A stretch of DNA of 64,000 nt from Felis catus (lineage: Eukaryota): positions 198,154,001 through 198,218,000 of the forward strand of contig NC_058368.1 of NCBI RefSeq assembly GCF_018350175.1. Direction: 5' to 3'. Below, piece by piece: positions 52,238 through 64,000 of the stretch. The notes beneath the pieces were generated by a model. The model was not told the origin of the DNA and searched no databases. It saw only the letters and a program-made list of their open reading frames with translations. The position numbers and the translations under genes are program-made. Position 1 is the first letter of the stretch. The number at the start of each line of letters is the position of its first letter.

Positions 52238-55200
52238 GTGAGGGTGAATTTGGGTGCAGGTAAACAAGTGCTCCTTTCTGAGGAAAGACTTCGTACAGAT
52301 GACCTGGTTTGGCATTTAGTGGAACTGTACTATGTTAAAAACAATGTCTCTCTGGTTATTGACAAACATTATGAGACAACGGGCCATATCACCGGTGAGG
52401 TGCACAATTTGCACTTTCAACACGGAATCTACATAGCAGGCCACGGTGGACTTGATGTCCCTTACCTGAATGGAGAGCTCCCCAATTTCCGCGGATGTAT
52501 GGAGGATGTGCTATTCAACCAGGAGGAGATCCTGGCATCCCTTAGATCTTACCCTGGCTTTAAGAAGGTTTATGAAGTGTCACTAGGATGCAGTGACGAA
52601 TTTTTTGCAGGAGAGGATGAAGCCATCAATTTCTTCAGCTCCAGATCCTACGTCACCTTCCCAGAATGGAAGGTGCCGGGGGAAGGGCTATTGGAATTTG
52701 CTTTACAGACTGGAACTCAACAAGCCTTGCTTTTATTTCAGTCAGGTAGAGAAGGAAATTTCGTTGCTTTGGAAATAGTTAACGGTCTACTGAGGGCTCA
52801 TGTAGGATGGAGCAAAAGCAACACCCAGCTCTCTTCGTTTAGCTTAGTTAGTGACGACAAGTGGCACGTTATTCAACTGAAGTTCACTGGAAGTTCTCTG
52901 GCCCTGATGGTGGATGAGCAAGGGGTAAGGACATTGCTGCCTTTGCAAAGCAAGCCGTTTGTATCCGAAGGCCCCCTCTTTGTGGGAGGTCTTAATGCCC
53001 GTAAGGGAGAAGAAGTTAAGAAGTTAGGATTTGCCTCTGTGCCTAAGAAATCTGCTCGAGGAGTTTCTTTCAAAGGATGCTTAAGAGGCTTGGAAGCCAA
53101 CTCAGAAAAGAGAGCACTGAAGGATGCCCTTGTTTCCAAAGATATAGCTGCTGGGTGTAAAACGAGGAGTAGTGATCATGAAAATCCTTTCATGACGACA
53201 ATGGAAAACCTGCTTCGGTCAGAAGTTCCCCTTTCCACCACCGTCGTTGAGGCAGGCAAGCCTTTTTTTCAAGATGCGAGTAGCTATTTCTTGAGTCTGA
53301 GTAACTTGGAGATCCAAGAAGGTGGGCGAGCCTTACTGGAACAAAGGCATATGAAAGTGGATGTGGAATCTGAAGATTTGGCTGTCCCTCATTCTCAAAT
53401 TCTATTTAAAATAGAGGAAATGCCCCTTCATGGGTTCCTTCAATTAGATGTTTCCCCTGTTCAGGAAATGGAGAAAGCTTTCACGCTGTTAGATTTGAGG
53501 CAAGGGAAAGTTTGGTATGTCCATGATGGTTCAGAAGACCCTAGGGATTTTTTCACATTTTCAGTCTCTTCCAACAGCAAGCAGAAGATGCCATTTTATC
53601 TGCAAGGCCGTGTTCCATATGTGTTCAACATTACTGTCATTCCAGTAAATGACCCCCCACACCTTAAGCTCCCCGAAGGAAACTTGCTTCTCTTGTTTGA
53701 GAATTCTAAGAAACGACTGACTCCAAATATAATACACGTGTCAGACCCTGACACAGATTCCTTGAGTCTTAGTTTCTCCATTCTTGGCAACTTCAATTCA
53801 GATGCTGGGTTTTTAGAAAACACCAATGATCCCGGGAAAGCGATCAATGGTTTTACACACGGGGATTTAAGAGATGGCAACATTTTCTACGTGCACAGAG
53901 GTCCTCGGAACTCCCGGATCCTTCTGAGAGCAAGTGATGGAGAGCTGGTTAGCAATACAGTAGTGTTACGGGTCATGGCTGTTCCTTGGGGCTTTGAAGT
54001 GGCCATTAGAACCGGTGTCGTTGTCCAGCAGGGTGGCACAGTTCTGATTACACAGAGTAACTTGTCGGTGGAGGTTAATGGTGAACCGCACGAGATGGAG
54101 ATCCGCTATGCTATCACTCAGCCACCCCAATTTGGCCAGATTCAGCAGCAGGGGTCAAGTGGCGAATGGAAACAAGTTAGTACCTTTTCTCAGCATTCCA
54201 TTGATCGGGGTCAGGTCCGGTACCATAGTACATTTCGAGAATTACAGCTAGCAAATGTTACAGATCACTTTAAATTTAAAGTTAACATAGAAGGAAAAGT
54301 CAGCGAGGAGCTAATGTTTCCGATTACCATACGGTGGCTAAGGTTTACACTTCTCAAAAATGTTCCTCTTAAGGTCAGTAAAATAAACAGACAAGTATTG
54401 AATTCTGATCATTTGCAGGCTGTGACAGAGGGTGTGGACGTAGCTCAGAAGGAACTGCATTTTAAGCTGCTGACCCCACCTAAGAAAGGAAAATTGCTAC
54501 TTGGCAATAAAGTGCTAAAAACAAACTCAGTCTTCAGCCAACAAAACATTACAGACTCTAAGATAAGTTACGAGCCACAGGAGAGGCCCAGGGAAGACAC
54601 ACAAGATACCTTTAGGTTCTTGATTGTTGCGAAGCACATAGCATCAAAAGATTATACTTTCAGAATAAACTTCGAAGCAGATAAGACACGCATTACTGTG
54701 ACTGACAGAGGATTATTTGTAAAAGAAGGAGAAGGGAAATTAATTACAAAATCAGAATTATTTGCTCAAACACTGGACAATCAGACCTTCCAATATAAAA
54801 TCACCCAGAGTCCTCAACACGGGAAGCTGAAACTGATTAACTTGTCAGATCCTTTGAGAAGTCATGACAATATCACCGCATTCACTGATCAAGACCTAGT
54901 GGGCGAGCGACTGATGTATGTCCACGATGATTCTGAGACCCAGTGTGATGAATTCCTCCTTGTGGCCTCTGCCATAGCACCAGGCCAAGACGGAGTGGTC
55001 AGGGATCTTGACACAGAGCATTTATCTACAGAAATCAAAGTTACCATTTCTGTAGGGTTAAAGAATGATGAGAAGCCAGTGCGCGTGGTAGATAGGGTCT
55101 TTCATGTTGTGAGAAATGGCCAGCGCCTGCTGACCCTGGCAGATCTCTGTTACCATGACCCCGACTCAGATTTTGATGATGGGCAGTTGCTCTATACCCG

Positions 55201-55804
55201 GCGGGGCATCCCAAATGGGGACTTGGTGACAGCCAGTGACCTCTCTCAGAAACTATACCAGTTCAGGCAACGTGACCTTCAGGAAGGGCGAGTGCTCTTT
55301 AGGCATCGGGGTGCAGACTCTGCTCGCTTTGTGCTGTTCGTGACAGATGGTGTCCATTACACATCCTTCCTTCTAGAAGTCAGTGCCTCAGACCCTTATG
55401 TCCAGATAGCCAACAACACGGGGTTGCTTGTACAGAGAGGAGAGGGCAGCAGCCTCACAGCAGCTAACCTCAGTGTCACCACGAACCAAGATATCAGAAC
55501 GGACCACGAGATCGAATTCCACATGGTACAGCCCCCGAAGCATGGCCGAGTGCTGGTCAACCACTCAGTGTCCCGCTTATTTTCCCTGCACGACATGAAA
55601 CAAGGCCATGTGTTTTATAGGCATGACGGCAGAGGCAATTCTGATATGTTCAACGTGACAGTGAGAGTTAAAGAGGTGTATGTAGACGTAGGCATCTATG
55701 TGCGCGTGTACTCTGAAAGCCACCAACATGGCACCCAAATTCTGCTCCAGACCCTTGTTGTTGAAGAAGGAAAACCAGTAAAACTGAGTAGAGGAAGACT
55801 GCAG
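52238..55804 (+). CDS. CSPG4B: CSPG4-family gene, giant coding exon 3 (3567 nt, 1189 codons): rest of LamG1, LamG2 and multiple CSPG repeats
   Basis: Acceptor ttctttctgtttcag|GTG, donor CTGCAG|gtaggt, stop-free. LamG motifs: FRGCMEDV, LFVGGL, FKGCLRGL. CSPG repeat motifs: VWYVHDGSE, PVNDPP, YVHDDSET, KNDEKP, PPKHGRV. Confidence 0.96.
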
Positions 55805-56729
55805 GTAGGTAGTCACCCTGGCGAGCATTCTGTCTCTCCATGAGTAATCTGTTTGCTTCTAAGAGCTATTTTTGTGTTAATTTCCCTCCTGGTATTCAGA
55901 ATGACTTTTTTTTTTCTAAATGTAAATGCCATTGAAAAGAAAGGCTGGAAGGTTTCAGGATTTTGACACTACTGAGCTTCCTATAGTTGGAAATGGAATA
56001 TAAGGAATCCTAAGTCTTATGTTAAAGCTTAGTGCACACCAGCACACACACTATCTGTGTATGTTTAGTGTAGGATGCACTACACTAAATGAGGAGGTGA
56101 CGTGTGTATTGGAGTAAATTAAGGAATGAAGAGGTGATGTGTGTATTGGAGTAAATTAAGAGATCTTTACGTTTTTCATTTCTTATAGAAACACTGCCAA
56201 CATTTCATTTCATCTGAATTACATTCATAATGGGATGAAGCAGGGTATAAAAACTTAGGGCAACTTAAACGTAAAAAGGATTCCTCGAACAGCAGAGGAT
56301 GCTATATTACACAGTTAACTTCCTTAATGTGGTCTCATTTGGTTTCCTGAAATTGATGGATAAAATTGGCCTAGACTTGTGGAATGTCTGGGGTGAGACC
56401 TCACACCAGAAGGTTTCCTGGGGCTCCTCCTTAGAAGCTTCCAGCAGACAAAGCCCCACTGATCACACTTAGGAGATCGTGTTCTTTTTAGGGTAATCCT
56501 GTATAGGGTGTGTAAACTGTGATTTGTGACAACTGGCCACAAATACAGGCTATTCTGAATCTACCCTCAGGACTGCAAAGGAGTTTACTTGTTTGTGAAA
56601 TGCAGCCAATAACATCAAGAGGAAATGAACACAAATCAGAAGCAATTTACTAAATGAGTTTGACTATCGGAATATGGGGGTCACCAGCTTTCCTCATTTC
56701 TTTTTTAGGATCTTGGAGAGTTTGTGTTT

Positions 56730-56747
56730 CACCACCAGGGGGCATGT
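56730..56747 (+). promoter_or_regulatory. Candidate CTCF site in intron 3
   Basis: ccaccagggggca (56732-56744) matches the CTCF core consensus CCACCAGGGGGCGC. Motif match only. Confidence 0.45.
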
Positions 56748-57243
56748 GTAGTTTAGTGACTATAAATCAGTTACAATGACTGAGATGGATTTTGCTGAAT
56801 CAATAAATTCAACATATATTGAAAACGCTGAGCCAGTTAAAGTGGGGAAGAAAAGTAAACTTTCCTCTAAAGTCTTGAAATTTTAGTGATTCAGCTTCTG
56901 CTTCTTCAACCATTTTTATTCCTTCTCCTTATACCATTTTATTTCTTTTTACCTCAACATTCTGAGTCCAGGGTATCTTCCTGCTGAGAATGATGCCTTG
57001 TTAATGCATTAGTAGCTTATCAAGTGTTGTTGACCATTACATTTCTTTGCAACCACGGCTAAATGCAAATATTGACATGGTCACCAGAACCAGACCCAGG
57101 CTTACACTGTGTATTAACCCTGATTGTAACTTAAGCCATTTGTAGACATTAATAGAAAACAATTTGGCTCATCAAAGGGTCTTGAGTCTTATGAGTATTG
57201 TGTTTTTCTTTTTGTATCTGTGTGTTATGTATAAAAACTCAAG

Positions 57244-57714
57244 GCTGTGCATGAAGATAATATTCCTGCAGAGGCAATGTTCATCGTCAGAATTCCGCCG
57301 ATGCATGGATACCTCCGAAAATCTTTACCTGAAGAAGGCAGCTTGGGTGCAGATGAAAAGTCCCCTCTGATTTTTACACAACAGGATATTGATGATGGCA
57401 ATATCCATTATGTACAGATAGCTCCTGAGCAACAACACGACCATTTTTTACTGGATGTGGTGAGTGGTATCCAAGCTGTGAATGGAATTGAAATTTTGGT
57501 GGATATCGTCCCTAAGCGGATTCCTCTGGAGGTACAAAATTTCACAGTCCAGGAAGGTGGTTCCAAAGCACTTCTGGAAGACTATCTCAAAATTCCAAGC
57601 AAATATTTTGAGGGAGTTGACTGTGAATTTGTTCTGCTCAAACCACCACAACACGGTTATGTTGAAAATTCTAATTTTCCAAGAATAAAGCTAATGAAGT
57701 TTACCAGGAAACAG
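57244..57714 (+). CDS. CSPG4B: CSPG4-family gene, coding exon 4 (471 nt): CSPG repeats
   Basis: Acceptor ctcaag|GCT, donor AAACAG|gtaata, phase 0-0. Encodes AVHEDNIPAE...PPMHGYL...FTQQDIDDGNIHYVQ...VQEGGSKAL...PPQHGYV...FTRKQ. The acceptor is atypical, so the 5' edge is slightly less certain. Confidence 0.9.
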
Positions 57715-57789
57715 GTAATAAATCTCAGTTAATACATTTGGGTATACGGGATAAGAGGAAAAAATTGCTATTTGTTATTTAGATTAATG

Positions 57790-58200
57790 GACTCTCAGGA
57801 GTGATGAAACTTGAAAGAGGGTCCAGCTTAACCTCCTAACAGATGCTAGAAGCCTCTTCCATGGTAACCCTATAAAGAGGTCATCCAGCCATTATTTAAA
57901 TATATTCAGCAATGGAGAACTCACTTCTTCTTGTAGTGGACACTTCCAGTTTAAAAACACATCAAATGTTAGAAAGTTCTTTATGCTGATCTGAAGTCTG
58001 CCACTTAGACACTTCTCCAAGGTCCTGGTTCTGGTAGCTCACAGAACAAATCAAGACCTCCTTTTGTAAAAACTCTTTAAATATTTGAAAGGAAAAGTTA
58101 TCAAGTTCCCTTGGGTTTTATCTTCTTTGGCTTAAACATTTCTAGGTTCTCCCACTTTGCTCCTGTGTCATGGGCTTCTAGCCCCTGCATCATCCTGGCT
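57790..58200 (-). mobile_element. L3/CR1 3' fragment
   Basis: ggtcatccagccattatttaaatatattcagcaatggagaactcact...tgttagaaagttcttt, resembling the reverse strand of L3. Confidence 0.5.
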
Positions 58201-60054
58201 GCCTAACGCTAGAGGACCTCCACACTCACTGCCCCACTCAACGTGTCACCCTAGATATTTAACCTAGACATGCTTTAGTCCCTAGTGGATTTACTCCTTT
58301 ATTCGTTCCATTATTCAATCAACAGATGCTGATAGAGTGCTTACTTGGTACCGTGCCCTATGTGAGCATAGTGCTATCAATGGCTCCATGGTCCAGTCCC
58401 CACAATACAATACAACCTGGGTACAACTTCCAATCTAGTGTTCAGTGTAAAATAACTAATTAACTCTGGGCTGCTATCAGGTTTCTTTGCTTTGGGCTAG
58501 GTTGGTATTATTGTGAGATTTGGCTTTCTTATCATGAATAAAAGAATGATTTCCATTACTTTCTAAGTATTGAAAAGTATCTTACCACCATCTCCTGTAT
58601 AAGATCCTAGGAATACGCACTCTTCAGGTTAGGGACCTTGAACAACCACCTGGCATCTCTGGGTATCTTTGTCTAGTTAGCTGTAAACCCATGTGGGCTG
58701 CTTTATTTTGCTTCTCAGGATTTCATCTTATCAACGGACTTGAATCGATTTATTAAACTCTTATTCTGTTTAAGTTGCTATGCAAGGTTGCCATGATAAG
58801 GAGCCATATTGCTTGCTCTCAGGAGATGCTGTGTGTGTGGGGGGGAGGGGATGAGGCATACAAGCTTTAATATGAGGTACCCCCTCTTGATGCCTCACAG
58901 AGCATTCTTCAGTGGTGCGAAGGAAGTTCAGAGTTGTTACATCTGACTCTAATTGAAGAGAATAGGGAAGACTTCACAGAGGGAATAACGTTTAAGCAAG
59001 ACTTGAGGAAAGAGAGAAAGATCAGGGAGATAGCAGAGGAGAAAACATTTTTAAAAAGCAGCATGAACAAAGGCAACAGCCTAGCCAAGGGCATGGAGGT
59101 ATTAAAGTGAATTGGTTCTGGGGGCTGCGGAACACCCCGCAAGACTTGTGGATGGGCTTAGGAGCGGCAGAGAGAACTGGGGCCAGACTGGGGGAGAGTC
59201 TTGAATTACATGTTGAGAGGGTTAGACTGAACCAGGAGGCATTAGGGGGCCATGGGGAGAAACAGAGAATCCTGAGGACTGAAAACAACCTTGGAAATCA
59301 GTGCTTCTCTACTGGGGACCCAGGGAAACTGATCCTTTAATGCCTCCCTGCAGACGTCTCTTCCTCATGGCTTCCATCTCAATGGCTGAACAAACCCTCC
59401 AAGATGACCACTTGCTCTGGTGCAAGTTGAATCTACTATTGTTCATCTTGTGTGCTCTAGGTGAGGGAGAGAGCACTAAATTGTGGTCCTGTCTTGGCCA
59501 ATTCATTATTAATTACACTTCGTAAGAAGCGTGTCTTTAGAATGGTTGGTTGAAATCTGTAGGTCAAGTCTGTGTGTTCCCTGGAGTATCTATGTGATTG
59601 TGTAGCCTTGTTCACAGTCAAGGTCATGTTTGTCTGCTCTTCCAGATGACCCCTTCACACTTTGTCTTCCTATGTGACTCTAAGGTCTCCAGGTTTTGCG
59701 ACATCACTGTTTTCACGTAAAGTGGCACTAATCCCTAACAACTAGTGGCTATAGTGTTAGTGGCTGGGAGAAGGAGCCCCTGGGCATGTTTGCCCTTCAT
59801 TCATTCAGCAAATTGTTTTTGAATACCTATTATGTGTCCGGCATGCCAGTTCTAGGTCCTGGGGATACAGTGGTGAACATATCCAGCAATAATCCATGCT
59901 TTAATAATCTTTTCTCCTGGTGGAGGAAAGAAGGAGGCGGAGTGAGACAACAGACAAAACAAATAAGTGAAATAAATGGCATATTGAGTGAAGATTAGTG
60001 CTGTGGGGAAAAATAAACGAGGAAAGGGAGCTGGGAAATGCTGGAGCCTTCAGT

Positions 60055-60100
<46 letters not shown>

Positions 60101-61084
60101 CAGTGTCAAATCAAATGGTCGGGAGGCGCCATTGAGAAGGCAGCATCCAAGGAGATGCCTGGAGGAGGTGACGGATGGGTGAGTGGGTAGATATGGAAGA
60201 AGAGCATTCAGGCAGAGGGAAAGGCAAGTGAACAGCTGTGTGGAGAGCAGGAAAGGGACTCCATGCTGTGTCGGGAGAGCTGTAGATGAGGTTAAGGAGG
60301 TCCAGCACAGGAAGGCTTTCTACTTCTCCTTTAACATGAAGTGAAATGGGGAGCAAGGAGGGAGGGAACAGTCTGGTGACAGGAGACCGAATACTTTTCA
60401 ACCTTTTAAGATTTTCTGTAAGTTTGTTATGTCTTTTAAGCTCAGGTGAGCTGATATTTTTCTAGTGTTAGAAGTCTAGAAATAGGCAAAATCCCCACCA
60501 AATCTTCTCTTTGCCTTTGGATTAATGCATATTAAGTGGCATGTAATTTGGGGGAGTACCACTCCAGTGAAGAAGCGATGTATTTCTCCAGGAAAAATAC
60601 TGAGGAGGCAACTTGTACTTAAATACTATGTTCCTAAAGCATTTTTGGTATAAATTCTCTCACATTCTGATCAATGCCATCTTCCATGTTTATTTTCAAA
60701 TAGCTTAAACCAGCATCTTTCAGAACTTGTGCTCAGACCTATGTTCTGGAATTCTTCTGCCCACAGAACTCCAAAGAAATTCCCATAGCACCTTTGTACA
60801 GTGGCCAAAACTTTCCCTTGAGACTCTTCATGAACTTTTCAACTCATCAGAAACACCTCTAAGAGATCAAAAGTATTTGCTCAAAGGAAGTGCACCATAG
60901 GAACGGGCAAAGTTGAACAGTTGAATTCTTTGGCAGTATTTTATCAAAACAAACACAACCTCAGAGACTTTTTCAGAAGTTCAGCTACTCCTGTTGGGCT
61001 TTGGAAGTTGTCTGCCATTGTCTGTTTGGGTCACAGACTCACTGAAGCTAAGTTCCCTTCCAGCTTTAAAACTCTCTTGGTCTC

Positions 61085-61480
61085 TAATTATGATCTTGTG
61101 CTCCTCAGTATTTTCCATCAGAGCCTTAAAGACATGAAAGGCATTCTGATCAAATTTGTGGTTATTACAAATCCAAGAGGAATAATTAATTCACTTACTG
61201 ACCGTTTCAGAATGAAAATTAGAAAGATGAACCCTAACAGGGACCTAAGTAAAGGTTTTCATTTGTGTTATCAGGGTGAGGGAAGTCTGCCTTGATAGAC
61301 AATTTGGTTTTGATGTATTTCATTATATTCTGTCCACAGGAGATATGTGGTAGCTAGTTACGGGTAGTGTCTGTTAAGAGATGTATCAAAAAATGATTGT
61401 GTTCTGGAGGAGGAACAGGATTAGGAGGTAGCATGTATAGTCTCTCATACAAAGAACAGTTAAAGAAATAATGCATGCTT
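61085..61480 (+). mobile_element. L3/CR1 reverse-transcriptase fossil
   Basis: GILIKFVVITNPRGIINSLTDRFRM...MNPNRDLSKGFHL resembles CR1 RT LIKFADDTKLGG..NTLEDR...MKFNxDKCKVLHL. Confidence 0.6.
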
Positions 61481-62024
61481 AGTTCAGAAAAGAGAAGTTT
61501 GGGGAAACTTAATAGTTGCCCTGGTCCAGATGTCGCCAAACAACCAAAGTCCAACAAGTAAGTAGAAGCTTCAGCGCCTGAACCTAACATTCGGAATTGT
61601 CTAACAAAACATTCCACAACTTAAAACATTAGTCACTGTAAATACGAAAGTAGAGTCTGAATTTTAGTGGGTGTCATTCCACTGGAAGAGCAGCCAAATG
61701 ATATCACTTACCTACAACACATTTTGTTTGGAGAAATAGCCTTTGAACTCAGGTTTCCCGATTACCAGTCTAGAGTTCTCTTTACTACCCCATGTTGCAG
61801 CATCATTCCATTCCTCCTCAAACTCATTTCCAGGATGTGGCATCGCTTCATAAAAACTATGCCATCCATCAAAATCTCCACTCTGATTGTTGGAATCCAA
61901 CCTCATAGGATGAACACATGCTTCTGTGTTTCAGAGAGGCATAAAAATTAGGATGATAGCAATGTGTTCCTGTTTTTAAATCACATTTCAGTAAATTGGT
62001 GATTTTTGTTATTGGTCGTTATAG

Positions 62025-62201
62025 GTGGAAAATGAAGCGATTTACTATGTGCATGATGATAGTGAGGAGCTTCTTGACAATTTCACCGTCTTTGCAAATA
62101 GCTCAGAGCTTGGAAAACAGAGTTTGCCCCAAACTCTTTTTGTAACTGTGGAATCAGTAAATGATGAGGCTCCAGTAATAACAGCCAACAACATCCTTCA
62201 G
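62025..62201 (+). CDS. CSPG4B: CSPG4-family gene, coding exon 5 (177 nt); gene continues beyond the window
   Basis: Acceptor ttatag|GTG, donor CTTCAG|gtaagt. Encodes VENEAIYYVHDDSEELLDNFTVFANSSELGKQSLPQTLFVTVESVNDEAPVITANNILQ, completing the repeat begun in exon 4. Confidence 0.93.
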
Positions 62202-63579
62202 GTAAGTGCTCCGTGCTTTTTATCATAGTAATCTCAACACTACCAATTTGATTTTCTTTTGTATTATTTCTAATGTTAAATAATAAGACATAGGACTATG
62301 TATGTATAATTAACATATTCCTACTGGTTTTAAATAAATGTTAGTTGTTACCAGGACATTCTGTTTGGTAACTGTTGGGAGATGATGAATCCCAACGAGT
62401 TACCGTCAGATTGTACTTCTTGAGTGGGTGTCATTCTCACTGTATTCCCCAAGGCATAGCCTCTTCTAGTTAGGGTGGGCAGGTGAGCATCAACTCCCTA
62501 GTGTGAAGTGTGTGACGTTGGGCAAGTTATTTAGCCCTTCAGTTTGCTTTTATCGAGGTGGTGGGAAATGGAGGCAGACTTGGAGGAGTAAGCGATAAAA
62601 TGATGTAAAACTCTCCCACAGTGCCTGACACGTGGATGGGACCCAATAAATGGTAGCTATCATTACTGAAAAGCTCCAAGGCTGTACCAGTATTAGAATT
62701 AAAACAAAACAAAACAAAAACACTATACAGTCATGTGACAGTCTTTTGCTGTTTCTGGGAGCTTCCATCACTCTTCACTCTTTCGGAGACTCCCCTGGGG
62801 TGCTTCTTAGGCACTCACAGATAAACAAACGTGTTTTGGCTGTCGCATGGTGTCCACCACTTGGCTCCTCCCCTGATCTGAAGCCTGTTTACGCTCAAGT
62901 ATCCCAAAGCTTTCATTTAGCAGATTTTCTTGGTCTTAAATCACTCGTTCTCACTGATCCTTCTTCTAAAGACTTGGGCGTGAATTTGCTGTTCTGGCTT
63001 GGAGAATAATTACAGCTACTGTAGTAGTAAGTGCTCAAAAAAGAATTGTTAGCTATTTACGGTATGTGCCAGGTAACACTCTTAAGAGCTTCTAGCTCAC
63101 TGAGATGTGCTACCATTTCCCTCACTGGACCATTCCTCACTGGACAGACGAGGAAATCGCATGACAGCTGAATGACAGGCTGAGGACAGAGTGACAGCAC
63201 GGGAGCCCGATGGCTTGTTCATGTCTTTTGTCATGCCCTCCACCAATGACTGACACCTAGTAGACAAAAAATATTTGGTGAAGGGAAGAGTAAATGAAAA
63301 TATAAACTGTCAATACCCCCAGCACTGGCCCACGTTTCAGAGACCGGGCTTTTGTCTCCACTCTTTCTTCCTTTAGTGTAGCTGCATTTCTGGAAGAATC
63401 CTTGGCCCTTCGCACATTAAAGCTCCTGGGGGACTCATGCTTCAGATATGCCCAGGTATGGGAATCTGAAGTATTCACTTTGAAATTTGGATGAGACAAA
63501 TCTTCCAACATATGTATGTGTCAATTTCAGCCTTGTTTATACCTCTTGTGAGAGTAAATAGTTAATAATAGATACTTTA

Positions 63580-63782
63580 GGGGTGCCTGGGTGGCTCAGT
63601 CTGTTAAGCGTCTGACTTCGGCTCAGGTCATGATCTCACAGTTCATGGGTTCAAGCCCCGCATCAGGCTCTGTGTTGACAGCTCGGAGCCTGGAGCCTGC
63701 TTCAGATTCTGTGTCTCCCTCTCTCTCTCTGCCATCCCCCCCCACCTCAAAAATAAATAAACATTAAATTTTTTTTTTAAAA
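63580..63782 (+). mobile_element. CAN-SINE
   Basis: TSD aatagatacttta (63567-63579, 63783-63795). Confidence 0.94.
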
Positions 63783-64000
63783 AATAGATACTTTAGAAGT
63801 CCAGAGGAAGCTGGATAGTCATAAGGGATGCAGGAGAGGTAGACATGAGTAGAGCTCACCAGGGGCTAATCTAATGAGAACATTTTTTGTTGTTAAACAT
63901 GTAAACATTCTGGGGTTTAAAAATCTGTTTTTACTTGCTCGAAATAGTTGGATCTAGGAATAGACTTGTTAGTGCTCTTATTTTACAGCTTGGCTCATTA

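Noticed and set aside
52238..55843. The 1201-aa ORF as a stand-alone single-exon gene or retrocopy
   Set aside because: It starts at a GTG right after a splice acceptor, and the last 12 codons follow a GT donor. It is an internal exon.

Overview
Mammalian genomic DNA, almost certainly a cat-family carnivore, judged from the dense tRNA-derived CAN-SINEs of SINEC_Fc type and a carnivore L1. The first ~32.8 kb is intergenic and repeat-rich, with no supportable gene. A CpG island at ~32.9-33.8 kb holds the first coding exon of a + strand gene. I assembled five coding exons by hand (33233-33311, 51733-51896, 52238-55804, 57244-57714, 62025-62201). All four complete introns are GT-AG, and the exons join into one stop-free frame of 1486 codons that continues past the window. 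The product has a signal peptide, two laminin-G domains and cadherin-like CSPG repeats. It is clearly CSPG4/NG2 family but too divergent to be the CSPG4 orthologue, so it is most likely the little-studied paralogue CSPG4B, apparently intact here. It lacks the Ser-Gly motif at the position matching the NG2 chondroitin-sulfate attachment site. Other points of note: an ORF1-less L1 nested in the tail of a SINE, a perfect 52-bp inverted repeat inside that L1, a twin-primed 5'-inverted L1, ERV-L pol and CR1/L3 fossils, and candidate CTCF sites. Repeat family names and comparisons to CSPG4 come from recall, not from searches.
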